Made by a program: the position numbers and the translations under genes. From Pseudogymnoascus verrucosus (Eukaryota), in the NCBI GenBank assembly GCA_001662655.1, contig KV460264.1: DNA of 64,000 nucleotides. The stretch is one strand, 5' to 3'. Numbering within the stretch: the stretch's first letter is position 1; each line of letters begins with the position of its first letter. Shown here in pieces: positions 9,743 to 21,964 of this stretch. The notes below the pieces were generated by a model, which searched no databases, was not told the DNA's origin, and saw only the letters and a list, made by a program, of their open reading frames with translations.

Positions 9743-12700
9743 CTACCCTTTCCAAAGAGTGAACATACAAATAAGTCCTGCTGTATTTTGTTCTAATGCA
9801 TTATTAGCTTTCAAATAAGCGTACATAAAACATGCGCCCCAAGTAGCAAGCTCAACAGGAACCCCCCCCGGCATCTTCCCAACAGATTGACAAAAAGCCT
9901 CGACGATTCCGTCCTCGATAGGGCCTGGTGAGCCATCAGGAAGGGTGTCAGGTGCGGGGTCGCCCGGACAAGCTGTGAGTGTCATTTCCCCGTTCTCGAC
10001 AAACATATGACATAGATATCCGTTCACTGTCGTCGCTGCTTCGTAACCGTTTCGGCCAAGACACTCATCACAGCTCATTTGCCAGCCACCTGAGTCATGG
10101 CAAACCAAATATCCTGGCCACCGATTGGTTACCCCGTCGTCGACGCACTGGACCTCACTTGTGTATGGCCGTGTCGGCTCTGTTGGCGTTGGCGTCGGCG
10201 TCGCTGGCGCCACTGTTGTTGTCGTCGCCACCTCCCCACTTCCTCCCGGTGCCTGGGCCAGCGGCAGACCCGGGTTAACGATAGCACCATCATCGCCTCC
10301 TGGTGGACAACTGTTGAACCAGGTATAGCCAAGGGCGGTCTTGGGGTTGACCTCTGTCATGTCCGCCCGCCCTACACCGCCGAGATTAGGAAAGTGAAGG
10401 TTCGCGCCGGACGAAGAGCCCTGGTATGCTGTGCCTCGTGGATCCCACCAGAACGAGCTGCCTGAAATCTGCTTCGCGCCCATGTTGTACCAGACGCTGG
10501 TGTCGCCGTTGAACTTGTCGATCCAGAGGAAGTCATCCTTTCCGTCACCTATTATTTCAAGGAAGTAAGCATACGAAAAGGCTTGTCATTGCTGGGCTTA
10601 CCGTTAACATCAGCCCAGCGATGGTTGGCACGATCCTTGCCGACACTAAACTTGATCTGATCCATCCATTGAAGGCCGGTGGCCTTATTCAACCATCCAG
10701 TCGTTCTGCCATCTTTTTCTAGGCACATATAATCAGCCCTGCCATCACCACTTTTACGGCAGTTAGTATAGCCATTGATTGCAACCGAGTCATGATTGGA
10801 ACTTACTCGATATCCGGGAACCTCATGCCGAGGTCAAAAGGGCCGACCCCCCAACCCTGAGTGCAGCCAGACGCGACTACGTTAGTCTTGGCGCTGAAGC
10901 TGAAGGTGTCTGTCTGCCAATTGTAGGATGTGTACCATACGTCGATGGCTCCGGTGGCCTTGGTCACAGCGATAACATCACATTTACCATCTCCGTTCCA
11001 GTCGGCGAGATGTAGAGCTTTTCGATCAAGTCCTGTCTCGAGCACAATGCCCTCATCGTTCCAGCCTGAATAGTCTGTATTCGGAGGGGAGTTAGAATTT
11101 TTAAATATGGTTATCCTGCCCAAATGATCGATAAAAACGTAATCGTCGTTCCCACCGCCTTTCATGTCGCACCAGTGTGCACCATCACCTTATGATGATA
11201 TATTAGTAGTGTAACAATCCCAGACAAGCTAAGCCGTTAGATATCTTACCTTTTTGATATTTCCCACCGCTTCCTGTGTTTTGCCATGCTCTCACCTCGT
11301 AATCGCACCTTTTGTCCGCGTAGGTGATGCACTTGATGTAGACATACTGTCGTGGCGGCCGACGATTAGCAGGAGCATGTGGATTAGGGGTAAAGAGATG
11401 GGAAACACACGTCTGGTCTGCCGCTGCCGTAAATTCTCGCGAATCTTATTTGTGAGCGAGACGGTTCACCCATACCAGCGTGTGTAACACCAACTGAGTC
11501 CCAGTACGGGATCAAGCCCTTATCGCCGTTTCGTTGGTTTATATATGTTGTGACTTTCCCGTTATCGTCGAGAAACAGCCAATCTGAACGAAAGCTACAG
11601 CAAAAGTTAGTATGGAAGGGTCGCGTGCACAGCGGGTCGTCACTTACTCTCCATTGATGTCAACTATATGGACGAGTACGCCCTACTTGTTAGCAAAACT
11701 GGGATAAAAAGCTTACAGCCTGGAAGCTCGGGAACGGAGAGATAGACGCGGCCCCCTGGCAAGGCAAAAAAAAATGGAATCGCGTACTCACCAAGGCGGA
11801 CTCCATCAATATTACCCATTCCCTTGCCTGTGAAGACAGGTTTACCTTCACCGAAATCTTGCCAGTATGCTGCCATGTCTCCTTGACCACCGTTTCGCCA
11901 GCAGTAAATGTCTCCGTTGCCGGCAATAACGCAATAATCAAGGCGCCCATCGCCGTCGATATCTGTAATACGGTGACATGTTAGTTGGTGAGCAGGACAC
12001 TGGTGATTAAGGTTGACTTACCTCCAAGGCGAACGTTCGTTAGTGCGTATCCAGAAGGGGCGGTTTTGTACTTTGCAAAGCATCAGTACATTCACAGAGA
12101 TTCTAAATTAGGTCCATGGAACTTACGAGGCCGACAGAATCAAATTGCGGCGGATTGCCACCCCGGTTAAGAGACACATACCTGTTGCTGGTTAGTACAT
12201 ATCGCTTAGAAGTATCTAATACTGTTCAGGAGTGGAGTGTTGCGTGCGCATTGTGATTGAGGCCATTAGAAGAAATGAGGAGGCACTTACATATTTCCTT
12301 CGGGCCCGATGCAGATGAAATCGTCGAGTCCGTCATTGTTCTAGAAACATATCTGTGAGCAATCATACTATAAAAACGATAAGGCCTCAAATGCCTTGGC
12401 ATAAATAGCCATCAAATCCGAGAAATTTTTGGAATCGGAACCATGTACGTACGACGTCGCCCCATCTCACACCTACAGTCGACAGTTAGTATTATTAACC
12501 AAAGCTCCAATTACCACTTCATCCGTGGAGTGCTTACCTTCCTGCGGACATGTGGACTTGGTATCAATCAGGATCTTATCCCCAAACGTGCCTCCACCCA
12601 GGTTCAAACGCATGTGGATCCCATCCGGCTGGCTGAAGACCCAATCGTCACGCTCCCCGCCTCGATCAGCTCCATAAGCATTGACAAGCTGCGCAAACCA

Positions 12701-13743
12701 GACAGTGTCCGGCTCCACGTAGAAACCCTGGTGGATCTTTCCCATTGACTGCGAGCTATGCGTGTACTTCCCGTCGTCGATGATGCGCGGCGATAGAGCT
12801 TTGAGCACCTGGGTCCTCCCGCGGGGGTCCTGATTGCCGCTGCCATAGGCCTTTTCGCAGGTATTGGTGCCGCCGACAGAGTCGTCGAATGCTACGGAGC
12901 TGCTGGGAGCTTGCAGCCATCCGTTCTTCTCGACGACGCCAATAGCGTTCCGCCAGGACGCTGCCATCTTCTTGTAGCCTCCTTCATTTGGATGGGTGCT
13001 ATCCGAAAGATCGCTCTCCGTCACCCAGCCCTCAGACATCTCAGCAAGAACAATATGGTATCCGGCAGCTTGAAGCTCCTTCACCAGGCCACGGTAGATC
13101 ACGTTGATTTTATCCACGTTTCCCTGGGCGGCCTGATCCTTGTTCGGAATGAGAGTTGACAGGACCACAACCGTAGTTGGAACTTGGGTAAAAATATAGG
13201 TAATCAGGCCTCTCATCCTCTCACCGATATCTGGGATGTTGATGTTTTGAGTAGCGTCATTGGTTCCAGCATTGATCAGAACCAAGTTGGGAAGCAGCAA
13301 TGGCACGACATTCTCAGCTCGCACTTTTACCTGGTCGACGATGAATCCACTCCACCCTTCGTTATCCTGTAGACAAAAGTTAGTCAAGGCAATAAAATAG
13401 CCCGAGGGAAGCTGGGATGACAAACCCTATCTCGCATTGTACCACTACTTAAAGTACCGACCATATTGACCTGCCAGCCATCATATCGGAGCTGATCACG
13501 CAGGAACTTGCGATACCCGTTACCAGTGTTTGGGTTGGTAGCATCGACACCAAAAGTGATAGAAGCCCCGAGTGGCAAGATACGTAGGTAAAAACTGCCG
13601 GCCCGACGGTCTAAATCATGGCTGTCAAAGTTGGTGGGATATTCAGTTCCATTTTGTGGGCGGGCACTGGTAGACTGGACGCAGGCGAGTGCTACTAACA
13701 TCACCGAGCTGGCTGACGCCAGCCATCCTGTTGATAGGAGCAT
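9743..13743 (-). CDS. Secreted SGNH/GDSL esterase (carbohydrate esterase family 3-like) with FG-GAP/VCBS-like repeats, Pro/Thr linker and Cys-rich tail; multi-intron
   Basis: Signal peptide MLLSTGWLASASSVMLVALACVQSTSA; block I LPLGASITFG, block III NAGTND, block V DSTHPN. Repeated DxxGDGxxD motifs across small exons (GDVNNDGLDD, DIDGDGRLD, DWNGDGKCD). GT-AG introns e.g. 13367-13425, 12473-12537, 12341-12452, 12182-12290. Confidence 0.88.
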
Positions 13744-16219
13744 AGCAGATGTGATGATTGTGATAGATAAACTAATATCGAGTCTATGGAAACAAGAGCA
13801 TCAAACCCCAGAGAAGGCGACCGATACATCTTATACCCTATACTCAAGCCACACTCACCGTTCATAGGCCTTGGTATATTTATTCAAACTCCGAAGCCCG
13901 ATCCTTCTGGCTTACTTTCTCAATATGCCAAAAGATCTACAATTTTCTAGATGAATATATATAGAATGCATAAAATTGGCGTCGAGTATTAGAGATAGGC
14001 TCACTCGCTGCTTTTGTTTCGGTCGTTTAACCGCAAACATACCGCCGCGGCCGCAAATACATATGATAAAAATTAAGGGGACAAAAGCTATCCAGGCATT
14101 ATTTGACGAGGGTTGAGGGTTGAACTTGGCACATCCAGTCATCCTGATATATTATGTTTATGAGACTTTATTGCTAAATTTAGATGTCTGCATCACATAA
14201 ATCCAGGGCAAAAGCTTTAAAGCAGCAACGCATTTCGGACAGGTCGGTTTGTGGGGGGCTACAGCCACGATCCTACTGTAATAAAACTCATGTCTGGAAT
14301 CTCACTCAGCACTAGCCTTCCGCCACTATGATAATAACCATCTCCCCTTTTGATAGAGCATAACCTCTACCAGTAGGATCATCTTATTTACGCCCTTTTC
14401 ACGTAAATTGGGCGCTAAAAGTGGGCATCTACGAGCATTAACACCCCGCAGTTGCTACAATCATGCCAAGGAGTAAGCTTAAGATGAGTTGTCGTGATCT
14501 GCAGAGCATATCACGCAAGCGCTCGAGTGCTGCGGTAGCATAAACAAGAGAAATCAAGCTTATACAGAGAAACCTTATACACTATCCGGGATATGAGATA
14601 ATATTATTGGCCAACGTTCCTGAGCCCTGGTGCATATAATTATCCTGGGTATGTGTAAATAAGATCTCTTGCTGAGCTCGGCTTGCTCCCGCCGCCGTCG
14701 GGGAAACCTAGGAACACATAATATAACCCAACATGTCTTAGTACCAGTCCTGAAGGATCGGGGGCCAAGAGGCCTATCCAGGGCGTTGGCCAATAATATG
14801 ATAAACGATGCAAAGAGTGCATACGCAGCTATTAAAACACGGGATCTACTGTAGTAGAGTATGTTATCACGCGCCTGTTTTCGATACATAGCGGCTCGAG
14901 TGACCTCGAGGGTGAACAGGGTAAGCCAGGCACCCCATATCCGCCCCCACCACCACGACTTTCTTTTCTCACCGCATATCCGCCCCCCACCACCACGACC
15001 TTCCTCACCACCGCCCTGCCTGCCAAGTTCTAGACCCACCACCCCGCCGCGACGCTTATCTAGAGCTCATTTACGATATCAATCTTCTCCTCGCCTCTAT
15101 TTGCTTCCCACGCCAGCCGATATGGGATATGTAATAATCAAACACAGTATTATTCCTGCTCATCCTGTCTACCAAGGTACCGCGGGTAATCGCAGAGCGG
15201 AGAGAAGCGAGTAGAGGCAGAATTGGCGGTTTACACCATCCTGCCCCCTTCCTCCATTCAATGAAATACAAGCGTTGACAACATCTTCTCCACAGACTCT
15301 ACGTGCCCGTCATATAGTCCAGTGCGAGCCCTCGAGCCGTCCCGTCCCATCCACTTGAAATTGTTTCCCCCCCTTCCAAAAAAAAAAGAAAAAGGGGGCG
15401 TCCCTAGTTAGGATTTCCTATCGTTCCAACCCCGACGTGACTCGGGCCCGGCCCGTCGTCCTTATCGGCCTAGTGGCATTACTAGTCGTAACTAGGTCCC
15501 GAGAACACCCCCGACTCAGGCGCAAAGATACACGGCGCTTCGGTCGCAACATATACAAACCTCCTTGCCCAAGTGAACCACATATAAGCCACTCTAAATT
15601 ACTTGCGTTCTTCTGGAATATTCCGTAAAACCCAAAGTACAAAGCGGCTTACGGAATCATAATGTGCATACTATTGTACGTCCTGGTACCTGCATGAGCC
15701 TCGGTGAGCAAAAGAGAATTTATCGGAGGTGAGGCTGAGCAAGGCTGGTAGCAGATCTAGTAATATTGGTAGGTTCTGGTGTTGTGGGGAGGAGTATGAA
15801 CGACTTTGCTCGCTCTCGAAAGCCATGGCAACCATGAGGGGTATTTGACCTTGCGACTGAAACTGTTTAGTGGGATGATACTTCACAAGGGTGCTAGATG
15901 CCAATGTAGGATAGATGTTTAATTGAAGGGATCTCTTTGGGGAGGCGGATCTGCTTCGCTCACCGCCCTTGTTATCCCAACCTCCAACGCAAAGTGATGC
16001 TACCATCAAACAAACTCGCAAATATCAGCTCGAAGACTCTAGTACCAGATAGGTTCATTTCCCAATTATATACAATGCGAAGCCTTTAGTCTAAAGATTG
16101 TCACTCAAGCCCCTCTCTCGACCACAGTGATTCCAATCAATTATTGTGATATATACCTGGGTGTCGGGGATGTTACCTATCCCAGCCTTCTAAATTCGCA
16201 TTCCATGATTTGTCACTGC

Positions 16220-16660
16220 CTACGTAATTACTTTGACTAGGGGACAAATTTAGCTTACCTTAGGATAAATAGAGGTAGTTAGAGTTTTTACTTATATAAT
16301 ATATTATAAGTAGTAAGTAATAAGAAAAAAAAGAGGCCTATTTATAATATTAGCTGTTTTTTTAATCTATATCTTTAAAGTTTAACCCTATGTCTAAAAC
16401 TACTATTAGAATTCTCTAATACTAAAGGTCTCTAATACTAGTATATAGGCTATTAGGAAGAGTAGGTATATATAATTATATAATATAGTAGGAATAGTAG
16501 ATAATAGGATAGGATAAGTAGGCGTATAGGCGTGTGTAATGAGATGGGAATTTTAGGCAAGTGTATTAAGTTAGGAATAGTACGTAATGGGAATAGTATT
16601 CACGCGCGACTAGATGGGAATAGTAGGCGCGACGGACGGGATGGGGATAATACATGCAAC
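16220..16660. repeat. Short AT/TpA-rich RIP-like relic with repeated GG(G)AATAGTA motif, probably a transposon-end fragment
   Basis: Abrupt TpA-rich composition; GGAATAGTA recurs at ~16491, ~16574, ~16590 and ~16617. No partner TIR identified. Boundaries approximate. Confidence 0.45.
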
Positions 16661-16772
16661 GGAATCATAATCATTAGAGATTTAATAGAGTAATTGTACT
16701 AATTTCATTTCTTCGATCCCGCTAGCGTATACTTCTAAACTATAAACCGCGCGGCTAACACCCTACATCTAT

Positions 16773-18158
16773 TTAGACTAGGCGCCAGATCCCATCGGCC
16801 TGCTCAATCTTAATCTCGCGTCCCTCGTCGATACTCCTCCTGCCAGCCTCCAAGATTGCCGTCGTCGCAATGGTGTTCTTAAGAGTAGGAAGACCCCTGT
16901 TATCCAAATCATCCAGAGTGGCCCTGCCCTCCTTAAGCGCCTGGATACCATCCACAAACTTCTCGAAACTGATGTACCCGTAACCAGTTTGTCCTGCAAA
17001 GTTGCCCTCCTCGTCTGGTGCGTAGCGCATGTAGAATGGGTTGTACCAGACAAGCTGTCCCGCAGTGTCGTCCGCGACGTCGTAGCCACGCTTAGCCTGG
17101 TTGATTCTAATCTCTCCGCCCGAAGCCATGTAGTGGAAGTACTGGTTGCTGTGGACGCCGGCCTTCAGAGGTGCAGTCCATGACGCGGTATAGACGCCGG
17201 TGGCGACGCGTGCCGGGTCGTCCTTCTTCACCCATGTAACGAGGAGGGTGATGGTATCCTCAGTTACGGGGTCACAGCCCAAGTCCGTGGCTGCACCCTT
17301 GGAGGCGGTCGCGGTGACCTTGGTTGGGATGTATCCTAGCTGCTGCACCATGCTGTCGCAGATGTCGACGTGGTGAGAGTTGAGGTAGTATGAGATATCC
17401 GAGTCCACGCCGGCCCATGCCTTGAACGTCTCGAGCTGAGACTTTGGCTGCGACATGTACGAGTAAAAGTAGTCGAAGTCGCCCAGTTTCTGGGCCTTGA
17501 ATTTGGCGTCAGCGTAGGCTGCGTCGAAGCGCTTGTGGTGCTCGATGAAGACAAAGACACCGGCCTTCTTGGCGGCTTCGACGAGTTCCTGGTGGTGTGC
17601 GAGGGTCTTGGTCGCGGGCTTGGTGAGGAGCACGTGGATTTTGCGCTCGATGGCGTAGAGGGCAATGGGGTAGTGAGTGGTATCGGGGGTGAAGATTGTG
17701 ATGGCATCGCCGGGGGAGAGGGCGTCAATGGCAGTCTTGTAAGCATCTGGGTCGCGAGCGTCGTTCGCCGGGAACGACTCAAAAGATGTGTCGAGCCCAT
17801 TGTAGGCATCGGTGATGTTCTTCTTCAAATGCTCCCCTTGAAGCTGTCAGCACGAAGTATGTTTCGGGTATGTCGAGGGTGTCTTACTAATTGCAGGGAA
17901 TTTGTTTCCAGAGACGCCGACCATGCTCAATTTGCCAACCTTGCCACGTCGGCGCAGGTCGAACAGTGTCAAGCCAACAACGCCGACCTTCTTGTCGGAG
18001 CCGGAAGCCTTGCCATCGACGAAGCCAGTGGTATACTCTCCAGTTCCGACCTGATTGAGTCAGTCAGCAGCAGCAAATATGCGTATAACAGAGAAATAAC
18101 TCACCATGAGCACATTGAGTGGCCCAGCCTTCTCGGTCCTGACCGGAAGATCAGACAT
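16773..18158 (-). CDS. gaaA: D-galacturonate reductase (Gfo/Idh/MocA-type), 2 introns
   Basis: Spliced (introns 18051-18104, 17837-17887) it reads [56 protein letters not shown]...EHHKRFD...[17 protein letters not shown]..., closely resembling Aspergillus GaaA as I recall it. Divergent from a gaaC homologue. Confidence 0.9.
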
Positions 18159-18608
18159 ATTTGCAGTATGAAGTGAAGAAGGGTATATGGTGTGAGAAGG
18201 GCGAATAGTCTCGCAAACGACCAACACTCAAACACTTAAGATCAGATTGAGATACAGAAAACGGGTATTGAGCTCGCAGTAAATAATAAGATTCTTTTCT
18301 TTATATACAGGAAGGAAAAAGATTCTCCTTTGGAAACCAAGCTGCTGCGAAAGCACGTTTGGGGCTGGTGGTGAGGGGCACACGGAGGACCGACGCGCGG
18401 AACCGGAACGCGGAACGCGGGGCAAACGCCGATGCGGCTAATTAATCTTCCATTTTATTTTTCCGGGGTAGGGAAAGTTCACCAAGGTATCTTTCCTCGA
18501 TCAATCGGAAATTCATTGACGACGCCTTTTTCTAAATTCGTCTGTTCCACTCCCTTTATTATAAAGCAGCTCGTCCAAGACTTAAGTACATTTCTTTAGC
18601 TACCAGCT

Positions 18609-19331
18609 ATTGGAGGATGATCTATTGATCTATATATTTTTCTCCTAGAACCCCCATTCCTCGCCGAAACGGCTTCGGCCTTTTCAGATACTCAGTCGGC
18701 GGGTATTGGAAACAGCGAACATACCAAACATATGCCGACAAGTGCGCGATTTGCGTTGGGTGATCCCCCTCGGGCCCGTATCTGGTCGTTACATAGGCTA
18801 ATATAGAGGATACAGCGCCTGATGTATGTAGGCAAAGAGTGATTGGGATGTATTTCGCTGGATAATTCGGGCGAGAGCCGACTTTCGATTGCCGTGCTAA
18901 CTTGGTACCCCCACGCCCTAGCTGCCCATAACATTGGTGGAATATTTTGTTTCCGTTCGGTCAACGCCAAAATCCTGCTCTGGCCAATGACTTTCGAGGC
19001 TCCGGCACCCACTGCCAGGCGCGCAGTCAACCTTTTTCAAAACGACCATGCCCGCTCTTCGAAATATCATCATCAACAAACTCGGCACTGCCCCGCCTCA
19101 CTGCCCCTCTTGCTCCTTCTCCCCTCCTTCTCCCCTCCTTCTCCTCGCACTCTGCCCCTCGTGCCCGCTGATAACCCCTCATCCCACTCTTTGCCGCCCA
19201 TCCACGTCCATGACTGGTGGCTGGCCCTTCGCGTCCCGCTAAGGTACTCCAGATTTCCAGAGGCAATTGAACATCTGCACTGTAACATACAGTCGCGATG
19301 ATGGACGTGGGGCTTCCAGCACCCCACCAAT
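18609..19331. promoter_or_regulatory. Galacturonic-acid responsive elements (GARE, [T]CCNCCAAT) in the gaaA/gaaC bidirectional promoter
   Basis: TCCTCCAAT (minus, 18609-18617), TCCACCAAT (minus, 18933-18941), CCACCAAT (plus, 19324-19331). Confidence 0.75.
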
Positions 19332-19997
19332 ACTGTCCTTCTGCCCGGGGATCTGATGGGATCCATTACTACATTTGGGGGCAAGGTTTAGTCACAAACT
19401 GGGCCTGCGATTTCAAAAGAAACTCTTGTCAGAGGACCAACGGGCCAGATATAGCCCGAAGCCCCGGTGGACATGCCTTGGATCAACAAAGGTAGGAGTA
19501 GCGGGCAGGTGATCGGATTGGGCCCGAATACATGATGACGGGTATGCTGTGCGCTCTACAGCAATGTATTCTTCCATTCTGTGTGAAGAGATCTGCCATT
19601 GAGTTGCTTTTAGCTTGGTCAAGTGGCGCCTAAACAATTGCCTCCATAGGGAAGGCTGCGAAACACCTCGTCACCCGCCGGGGTATGCGGCGAGAAGCGG
19701 CATGGAAGCTCTCGACGGACACCTCTTTCGAGACGAAGTCTCATGGTCTAAGGCCCACGGTAACGTCCCACTAACGCTCCGATTCTGCCTGCGGCACCAC
19801 CTCGCTGTATGTTTCTCCGCCATGAATTCTTCCGGGGTAATTGATTCGTATATATTTCTGTTATACCCGGTTTACCCTTCCACGTTTCGTGTTTGTCCTT
19901 TTCCCATACTTCTCTACATAGTAGACCTCATCTTTTCCATCTTTGAGCTATTGAATACCATTTACTACTACAACACATTCCCAGGTAGCAATACAAG

Positions 19998-21014
19998 ATG
20001 TCGTCCTCCACCCCGAACGCTGCGAATGGGGGTGCCGCAAATGGATCAGGCAATGGCTCCGCGGCGCCCACATCGCGACGCCCTCTTCTCCCCGGCATAT
20101 ACGCACCAACGCTGACCTTCTTCCACGCTGACACCGAGGAGCTCGATCTGGCTACTATCGAGCGCCACACTGTCCGCCTCGCACGTGCGGGTCTCAAGGG
20201 ACTCGTGACCATGGGATCCAACGGCGAAGCTGTCCACCTCACCGGCGCCGAAAAGACGCTGGTAACACAAACCCACCGCAAAGCACTCGACTCCGCCGGC
20301 TTTGACCAAATACCCATACTTGCTGGCTGCTCTGCCGGTTCCGTCAGGGAGACTATCACCCTGACCAAGGAAGCCGCGGCCGCAGGTGCCGAATACACCC
20401 TCATCCTCCCGCCCTCCTACTTCCGTGCTGCCATGGACACGGCCGCAATTAAGGCCTACTTCATTAGCGTTGCAGACGAGTCGCCTCTGCCCATCATCAT
20501 CTACAACTACCCTGGCGCTGTCTCCGGTATTGACCTCGACTCAGACGTGCTCATCGAGCTAGCCCAGCACCCAAACATCATCGGCACAAAGTTCACCTGC
20601 GCCAACACAGGAAAACTGACTCGCGTGGCTCTTGCCACAGACGCAGCAACACCTGCCAAACCAACCGGATACATGGCATTCGGTGGCATGTGCGACTTCA
20701 CAGTCCAGACGCTCGTCTCTGGTGGCAGCGGTGTGATTGCGGGTGGCGCAAACGTGCTGCCAAAGGTTTGTGTGAAGATCTGGGAGCTCTGGGAGCAGGG
20801 GAAGTTCGATGAGGCAATCGCGTTGCAGAAGGTTCTTAGCAAGGGCGATTGGGTGTTGACGAGGGGAGCTGTGCCAGGAACAAAGGCAGCTCTGGAGACA
20901 TACTTTGGTTATGGAGGTTACCCAAGGCGGCCGCTTGGTAGGGTAAGCAAGGAGGGTGTTTCGGCGCTGGCTGCAGGTGTCAAGGAGGTCATAGATGTCG
21001 AGAATAGCTTGTGA
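19998..21014 (+). CDS. gaaC: 2-keto-3-deoxy-L-galactonate (L-threo-3-deoxy-hexulosonate) aldolase, DHDPS/NAL family
   Basis: Intronless 338 aa with GSNGEA, IIYNYP and IIGTKFT (Schiff-base Lys); head-to-head with gaaA as in other ascomycetes. Confidence 0.88.
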   Translation: MSSSTPNAANGGAANGSGNGSAAPTSRRPLLPGIYAPTLTFFHADTEELDLATIERHTVRLARAGLKGLVTMGSNGEAVHLTGAEKTLVTQTHRKALDSAGFDQIPILAGCSAGSVRETITLTKEAAAAGAEYTLILPPSYFRAAMDTAAIKAYFISVADESPLPIIIYNYPGAVSGIDLDSDVLIELAQHPNIIGTKFTCANTGKLTRVALATDAATPAKPTGYMAFGGMCDFTVQTLVSGGSGVIAGGANVLPKVCVKIWELWEQGKFDEAIALQKVLSKGDWVLTRGAVPGTKAALETYFGYGGYPRRPLGRVSKEGVSALAAGVKEVIDVENSL

Positions 21015-21964
21015 GGAAGTGTCTGAGACTTATGGTGGTGTTTGTGGTGCATTTAGTTCTGGTGAAGGGCATAACTCATTGGGGCGGATTTCAATGCCGT
21101 CGTATTGTGGATATAAGAAAGAGGCTTAGCACAGTGCTAGATTACTTTACGTTCTCTAAATCGTAAATGCAGAATAATACAGAGACATTGATGAATCCGG
21201 ATATGAGATCAAGTTTGTCGGTTATAGTTTGTGCTCACATCTTTCGTCCGCACGGCGATCCATCAAGCGTCATCATCAACCAGCACCCATACACCCCACA
21301 TACAACATCTCCTCACCTCTAGCAACGCCCCATCCGCTCACCACACACCCACCATAGATTGGCTACTGTGGCACGACAGCCAACAACCAGCCTGGGCCAC
21401 GCGGGATAGTGTGATCATGACCATATCGGTATACACTTGCTTGTATAGTACTCCGGGATTAGTATAATATTCTAGCAGAACACCGATTTGGCAACGGGCA
21501 GGGGTGAGGTGACTAAGATTGTGCTCTACCTGGTATTGGTAAGTCTCGATTGAGAAAGACCTCACGTGCTTCGTTTGTCCCATGATAATACAATGGTCTT
21601 GTAATGCAAGAGTCAAGTAATACGAGGACAACCTCAGAATCACAATCACTTAGTCCACACATATGCAGGCCAGGAAGTAGAATCCATATAGGTATTATCA
21701 TTCATAACCCGTGCCGTTTGTCCGTATATTAAAATGTGCGCTCATACATACATATAATCCCCCGCAAAACCCCCACAGTCCCGCTGTCCCTATCCATGCC
21801 CCTATCATTTCTCCAAAAAATAAAACGCCCGATTCCCAGTCCCAGCCGGAAATCAATATGTATTGTTTGGGGCCGAGTGCTTTCCCATGTTCGTCTACCC
21901 TTTTTGTATGTAGGCCGTCACAAACGTGCACCCTATGAATCCCGCAAGCTTCGATGGCTGCGGT

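Noticed and set aside
21231..21960. Several 60-100 aa ORFs between gaaC and the acr-2-like gene
   Set aside because: No recognisable motifs; the location is consistent with convergent 3' UTRs.
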